Part shown: piece by piece, positions 49,945 to 54,056 of the stretch | Layout of the letters: the number at the start of each line of letters is the position of its first letter | How positions within the stretch are numbered: position 1 is the stretch's first letter | Origin: Ignavibacteriales bacterium | GTDB taxonomy: Bacteria; Bacteroidota; Ignavibacteria; Ignavibacteriales; Melioribacteraceae | DNA: 54,056 nucleotides | Reading direction: 5' to 3' | Assembly: GCA_016234355.1 (NCBI GenBank) | Contig: JACRFC010000213.1 | Span: forward strand, 1-54,056 | The notes under the pieces: model-generated | What the model was told of the DNA's origin: nothing | The model's database searches: none | The model's input: only the letters and a program-made list of their open reading frames with translations | Translations under genes and position numbers: made by a program

Positions 49945-50960
49945 TTCTGATGGGTTTAAATTCACCACGCGAACATATTAATCAAGTAAAGGAAAAAATA
50001 ATTTCTTTAGGATGCACTCCGCACGAAATTCCGGGCGACTCCAAACTTGCAATTGGAATTACAGGACCATCGGATAAAGTAGTGAAAGAAGATTTTCTGC
50101 TTATGCCTTCGGTGGAAGAGGTTGTACGGGTTTCAAAAAAATATAAACTCGTTAGCCGCGAAATGAAAAGTGAAGATACACTAATTAATGTAAACGGAAA
50201 TATTATCGGCGGAGAAGAATTGTTGATTATAGCCGGACCTTGTTCGGTTGAGAGCCGGGATCAAATTTTTGATATTGCCGGACAGTTGAAAGAAATGGGA
50301 ATAAAATTTTTACGCGCCGGTGCTTACAAACCGCGATCAAGCCCGTATGCATTTCAAGGATTGAAAGAAAAAGGTCTTGAGTATCTTGCCGATGTAAAAA
50401 AAGAATTGGGAATGAACATAGTAACAGAAGCGTTAAATCAAAACACGATTGAAGCAGTTTGCAATGTTGCAGATGTAATTCAATTAGGTGCGCGCAACAT
50501 GCAAAACTTTACGCTAATTGAAGAGATCGGAAAAACTCAAAAACCAATTTTGCTTAAACGCGGCATGTCTGCAACTGTTGAAGAACTTCTTCTTAGTGCC
50601 GAATATATTGTTTCCCAAAATAATTACAATGTAATTTTATGCGAACGCGGGATCAGAACATTTGAAACCGCAACAAGAAATACACTCGACTTAAATGCAA
50701 TCCCGGTAATCAAAAAAAATTCTCACTTACCAATCATTGTAGATCCATCTCACGGAGTTGGTATATGGGATAAAATTCCCGCGATGGCTATGGCATCAAT
50801 TGCTTCCGGTGCAGATGGATTGATTGTGGAGGTTCATCCTAATCCGGAAAAAGCTTTTTCAGATGGATTTCAATCTCTTAATCCTTCAACTTTTAAATCA
50901 CTGATTGCAAAGCTTCAAGAATTAGCTCCGGTTGTAAATAAAAAATTAACTTTGAATTGA
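49938..50960 (+). CDS. aroF: 3-deoxy-7-phosphoheptulonate (DAHP) synthase, type I-beta with N-terminal ACT/ferredoxin-like regulatory domain
   Basis: Aligns by eye along its full length with Thermotoga-type DAH7PS: IIAGPCSVES, LRAGAYKPRSSPYAFQGL, ILCERGIRTFE, DPSH. Confidence 0.9.
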   Translation: MLILMGLNSPREHINQVKEKIISLGCTPHEIPGDSKLAIGITGPSDKVVKEDFLLMPSVEEVVRVSKKYKLVSREMKSEDTLINVNGNIIGGEELLIIAGPCSVESRDQIFDIAGQLKEMGIKFLRAGAYKPRSSPYAFQGLKEKGLEYLADVKKELGMNIVTEALNQNTIEAVCNVADVIQLGARNMQNFTLIEEIGKTQKPILLKRGMSATVEELLLSAEYIVSQNNYNVILCERGIRTFETATRNTLDLNAIPVIKKNSHLPIIVDPSHGVGIWDKIPAMAMASIASGADGLIVEVHPNPEKAFSDGFQSLNPSTFKSLIAKLQELAPVVNKKLTLN

Positions 50961-50966
50961 GAGAAC

Positions 50967-52163
50967 ATGAAAACAAATTATAATTATCCCGACAAGAACG
51001 GAAAGTTTGGGCAGTACGGCGGAAGATTCGTTCCGGAAACTCTTCTCCCCGCTTTGTATGAACTTGATCAGTGCTATCAAGAAATAAAAAACGATTCTTC
51101 GTTCACATCTGAATATGAGAAACTTCAAAAAGAATATAACGGAAGACCAACTCCGTTAACTTTTGCGGATCGCTTGACAGAACATTTTGGAACTGCAAAA
51201 ATTTATTTAAAGCGGGAAGACCTATGCCATACCGGCGCTCATAAATTAAATAATGCAATTGGACAAATATTAATTGCAAAACGGCTCGGTAAAAAAAGAA
51301 TTATTGCTGAAACCGGAGCGGGACAGCATGGTGTTGCTGTTGCAACAGTTTGCGCAAAGTTTGGTTTGCAATGCGTTGTTTACATGGGTGAGACCGATAT
51401 CGAGCGGCAAAAACCAAATGTGTTTAGAATGAAACTTCTCGGCGCCGAAGTTCGCCCGGTAAACTCAGGAAGTAAAACTTTGAAAGACGCAACCAACGAA
51501 GCGATCCGCGACTGGGTTACAAATGTTAAAGACACTCACTACATCATCGGTTCTGTTGTCGGTCCCCATCCTTATCCAATGATCGTCCGCGATTTCCAAT
51601 CAATCATCGGTATAGAAACGAAAGAACAAATAATGAAAGCGGAAGGAAAATTGCCGGATGATATTGTTGCATGTGTCGGCGGCGGTTCGAACGCTATTGG
51701 AATTTTTTATCCGTTCATCAATAATGAAGAAGTAAATTTAATTGGTATTGAAGCGGAAGGTTTGGGAATTGAAACAGGAAAACATTGCGCTACATTAAGT
51801 GTTGGTGAGCCGGGAATTTTTCATGGAATGAAATCTTATCTTTTGCAAAACAGTGAAGGGCAAGTTGAAGAAGTTCATTCTATTTCTGCCGGATTGGATT
51901 ATCCCGGGGTTGGTCCCGAACACTCGCTTCTTAAAGATATTGAAAGAGTAAAATATTTTTCTGTAAAAGATGATGATGCATTGAAAGGTGTTGACCTATT
52001 AACAAAATTAGAAGGAATTCTTCCGGCGCTCGAATCTGCACACGCAATTGCATATTTGGAAAAGTTAATGCCTCAGAAATCCAAAGATGAAATTGTGATT
52101 GTAAATGTAAGCGGAAGAGGCGATAAAGATTTGGCAATAATAATTGATAATCTTAGTAAATAA
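50967..52163 (+). CDS. trpB: Tryptophan synthase beta chain
   Basis: 398 aa: [17 protein letters not shown] (PLP lysine), GGGSNAIG. Confidence 0.95.
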   Translation: MKTNYNYPDKNGKFGQYGGRFVPETLLPALYELDQCYQEIKNDSSFTSEYEKLQKEYNGRPTPLTFADRLTEHFGTAKIYLKREDLCHTGAHKLNNAIGQILIAKRLGKKRIIAETGAGQHGVAVATVCAKFGLQCVVYMGETDIERQKPNVFRMKLLGAEVRPVNSGSKTLKDATNEAIRDWVTNVKDTHYIIGSVVGPHPYPMIVRDFQSIIGIETKEQIMKAEGKLPDDIVACVGGGSNAIGIFYPFINNEEVNLIGIEAEGLGIETGKHCATLSVGEPGIFHGMKSYLLQNSEGQVEEVHSISAGLDYPGVGPEHSLLKDIERVKYFSVKDDDALKGVDLLTKLEGILPALESAHAIAYLEKLMPQKSKDEIVIVNVSGRGDKDLAIIIDNLSK

Positions 52164-52194
52164 TTATTCTAAAAAATTAAATTGGATTTGAATC

Positions 52195-52977
52195 GTGAGT
52201 TATATTAAAGATTATATCGAAAAGTTAAATGGAAGAAATCGTAAAGCATTATCAATTTTTCTTACTTCCGGATTTCCAGACAAAAATAGTTTTATTGATT
52301 TAGCAAAACAAGTTTTGAATTCCGGTGCGGATATGCTCGAACTTGGAATTCCTTTCAGCGATCCTCTTGCAGATGGACCGATAATTCAAGCATCTTCAAA
52401 AATTGCTTTGGATAATGGAATAAAACTAAAAGATGTCTTCAGCTTTTCAGAGGCAATCACTGGCGGAACAATTAAGCCAGTGATATTAATGGGCTACGCT
52501 AACCCAATCAGAAAATATGGAGTAGAAAATTTTCTTCGAGATGCAAATAATTCCGGAGTAAAAGGATTAATCGTTCCCGATGTACCGCTTGAAGAATACG
52601 ATTCTTTCTTTGAGAGCGGTGTTCATAAGATTGATGTAATTTTACTTACAACTCCTACTTCTTCTGAAGAGAGGATAAAAGCCATTGATGAAAAAAGCAG
52701 CGGATTTGTTTATTGCGTTAGCATAACCGGAACAACAGGAGTAAAAGAAAATTTTTCTGATGAGGTGATAAATAATATCAGCCGTACAAGATCGCTGATC
52801 AAAAAAAATAAAATGATGATCGGCTTTGGTGTTTCTAAACCGGAAGATGTAAAAACATTTTCTCCTTATTGCGATGGTGTAATTGCAGGCAGCGCAGTTA
52901 TAAAATCTTTGCTTAACAATGATAATTATGATACTACATTAAAATTAATTTCAGAGTTAAGCCGGGCGTGTGAATAA
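52195..52977 (+). CDS. trpA: Tryptophan synthase alpha chain
   Basis: 260 aa: LELGIPFSDPLADGPIIQ...GFGVS. GTG start. Confidence 0.9.
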   Translation: MSYIKDYIEKLNGRNRKALSIFLTSGFPDKNSFIDLAKQVLNSGADMLELGIPFSDPLADGPIIQASSKIALDNGIKLKDVFSFSEAITGGTIKPVILMGYANPIRKYGVENFLRDANNSGVKGLIVPDVPLEEYDSFFESGVHKIDVILLTTPTSSEERIKAIDEKSSGFVYCVSITGTTGVKENFSDEVINNISRTRSLIKKNKMMIGFGVSKPEDVKTFSPYCDGVIAGSAVIKSLLNNDNYDTTLKLISELSRACE

Positions 52978-52982
52978 CTTTG

Positions 52983-53092
52983 TTTACATTCTTCACTCTA
53001 CGTTCTTCGTTCTACACTTTTAAGGCAAACTTCTCAACATATTTAACATGGAACTGAGTAATCGCTTTGTAAGCTTTCTCCAAAATATTTTC
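52983..53092. repeat. Direct repeat copy 2 (partner at 45131-45239)
   Basis: Covers the last 26 codons plus ~29 nt of 3' flank of the intact aminotransferase gene. Confidence 0.8.
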
Positions 53093-54056
53093 CGGCGGAA
53101 GAAAAACAATTCTAAAATGATTTGTTCCCGGTACCTGTCCAAATCCGCTTCCGGGAACAACTACAACTCCCGTTTCTTTTATTAGTTCTGAAGTCCAATG
53201 ATTATCATTAGAAATATTTTCTATTCTCGGGAAAGCATAAAATGCGCCTTCAGGTGCAACGCAAGAAATTCCGGGAATTGAATTCATTGCTTCTACCGTT
53301 ATGTTTCTGCGGTTAGTTAATTTTTTAATAGCAACATCAAGATGAGACTGATCTCCTAACAACGACGGTGCAATTCCATATTGAGCCGGATGATTTGCAC
53401 ACAAGCGTGCGCGTAAAATTTTATTTATTGCTTCGATATAATCTTTCAAAACATTTTTATTTCCGCTTGCAATTCCCCAGCCGATTCTAAATCCCGGCAC
53501 CATATAATTTTTCGAAAGTCCGCCGAATGTTATCATCGGCACTTCGGAATTCAACGAAGCAATTGAAGTATGTTTCTTTCCATCCATCAAAAGTTTATCG
53601 TAAATCTCATCGGCAAAGATTACAAGATTATGCTCGACAGCCAGTTCAATAATTTGTTTCAATGTTTCCGGAGAGTTGTTTGATCCGGTTGGATTATTAG
53701 GATTGATTAAGATTATTGCCCGTGTCTTGGAATTGATTTTACTTTTTATATCCACAATATCCGGCTGCCATCCGTTACTCTCATTTAAGTAATAAGGATT
53801 TTCCATAGTCTGCAGTTTACTTTGGATTGCAGTGTAGAGAGGATAGCCCGGAGTAGGAGTTAAAACATTTTCGCCGTTATTCACCAAAGCAGTCAGACAA
53901 ATATCAATTGCTTCGCTTGCGCCGGTTGTAACAAAAATATCCTGAACATTTTTAATTCCTTTCCTCTCTGCATCTAAAGCAATTGCATCTGTGGCTTGTT
54001 TGATACCGGATGACGGCGAGTAACCGTTATAATTTTTTTTCATAGCTTCGTATGTA
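53012..54056 (-). CDS. Class I/II PLP-dependent aminotransferase (Asp/Ala aminotransferase-like), 5' end beyond the window
   Basis: LSKNYMVPGFRIGW (PLP-Lys context), NPNNPTG. The reading frame stays open upstream of the track Met (..TYEAMKKNYNGYSPSSG) to the window edge, and a normal N-terminus is missing. Confidence 0.85.
   Translation of the reverse strand, partial: TYEAMKKNYNGYSPSSGIKQATDAIALDAERKGIKNVQDIFVTTGASEAIDICLTALVNNGENVLTPTPGYPLYTAIQSKLQTMENPYYLNESNGWQPDIVDIKSKINSKTRAIILINPNNPTGSNNSPETLKQIIELAVEHNLVIFADEIYDKLLMDGKKHTSIASLNSEVPMITFGGLSKNYMVPGFRIGWGIASGNKNVLKDYIEAINKILRARLCANHPAQYGIAPSLLGDQSHLDVAIKKLTNRRNITVEAMNSIPGISCVAPEGAFYAFPRIENISNDNHWTSELIKETGVVVVPGSGFGQVPGTNHFRIVFLPPENILEKAYKAITQFHVKYVEKFALKV

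Noticed and set aside
45131-53092. Direct repeats as ends of an IS or transposon, or as an integrase att site
   Set aside because: There are no terminal inverted repeats, transposase, integrase or flanking tRNA. The repeats are diverged coding sequence of a neighbouring gene, so a recombination or duplication scar is more consistent.

Overview
Low-GC (roughly one-third G+C by eye) bacterial chromosome segment. It uses Shine-Dalgarno sites and TTGnnn-17-TAnnnT promoters. Protein sequences look FCB-group (Ignavibacteria/Chlorobi/Bacteroidota-like), but that placement is a low-confidence inference. About 31 kb (7.6-38.8 kb, all minus strand) is one continuous translation/transcription supercluster: tRNA-Tyr/Gly/Thr, rpmG, tRNA-Trp, secE-nusG-rplKAJL-rpoBC, rpsLG-fusA-tuf, then the S10, spc and alpha operons through rplQ. 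On the same strand it runs on into engB and a tightly packed mixed block: a GAF/degenerate-GGDEF protein, deoB, a small ORF, a PIN protein, two EutN/CcmL vertex genes, rpoD, an NlpC/P60 lipoprotein and a HEPN-MNT pair, followed by a partial fumC. To the right lie comM/yifB, an isolated nuoG-H-I trio and an M16 peptidase. A plus-strand trp operon follows (trpE-G-D-C-F-[DAHP synthase]-B-A), then a convergent class I aminotransferase cut by the window edge. No rRNA, CRISPR array, transposase or integrase was seen. Main second-look items: (1) a ~110-bp diverged direct repeat (aminotransferase 3' end) brackets the whole trp operon and leaves a 26-codon gene relic; (2) a 29-codon Trp-rich leader peptide (WFWWW) plus an intrinsic terminator precede trpE; (3) a canonical tRNA-Gln sits inside the spc operon between rplR and rpsE; (4) a ~22-nt GC-rich palindromic element occurs at two ribosomal-protein gene junctions and inside the D-loop of a decayed tRNA-Thr 5' duplicate; (5) two orphan BMC vertex genes plus a PIN module are coupled to deoB and rpoD with no shell genes nearby; (6) many essential genes use TTG starts.
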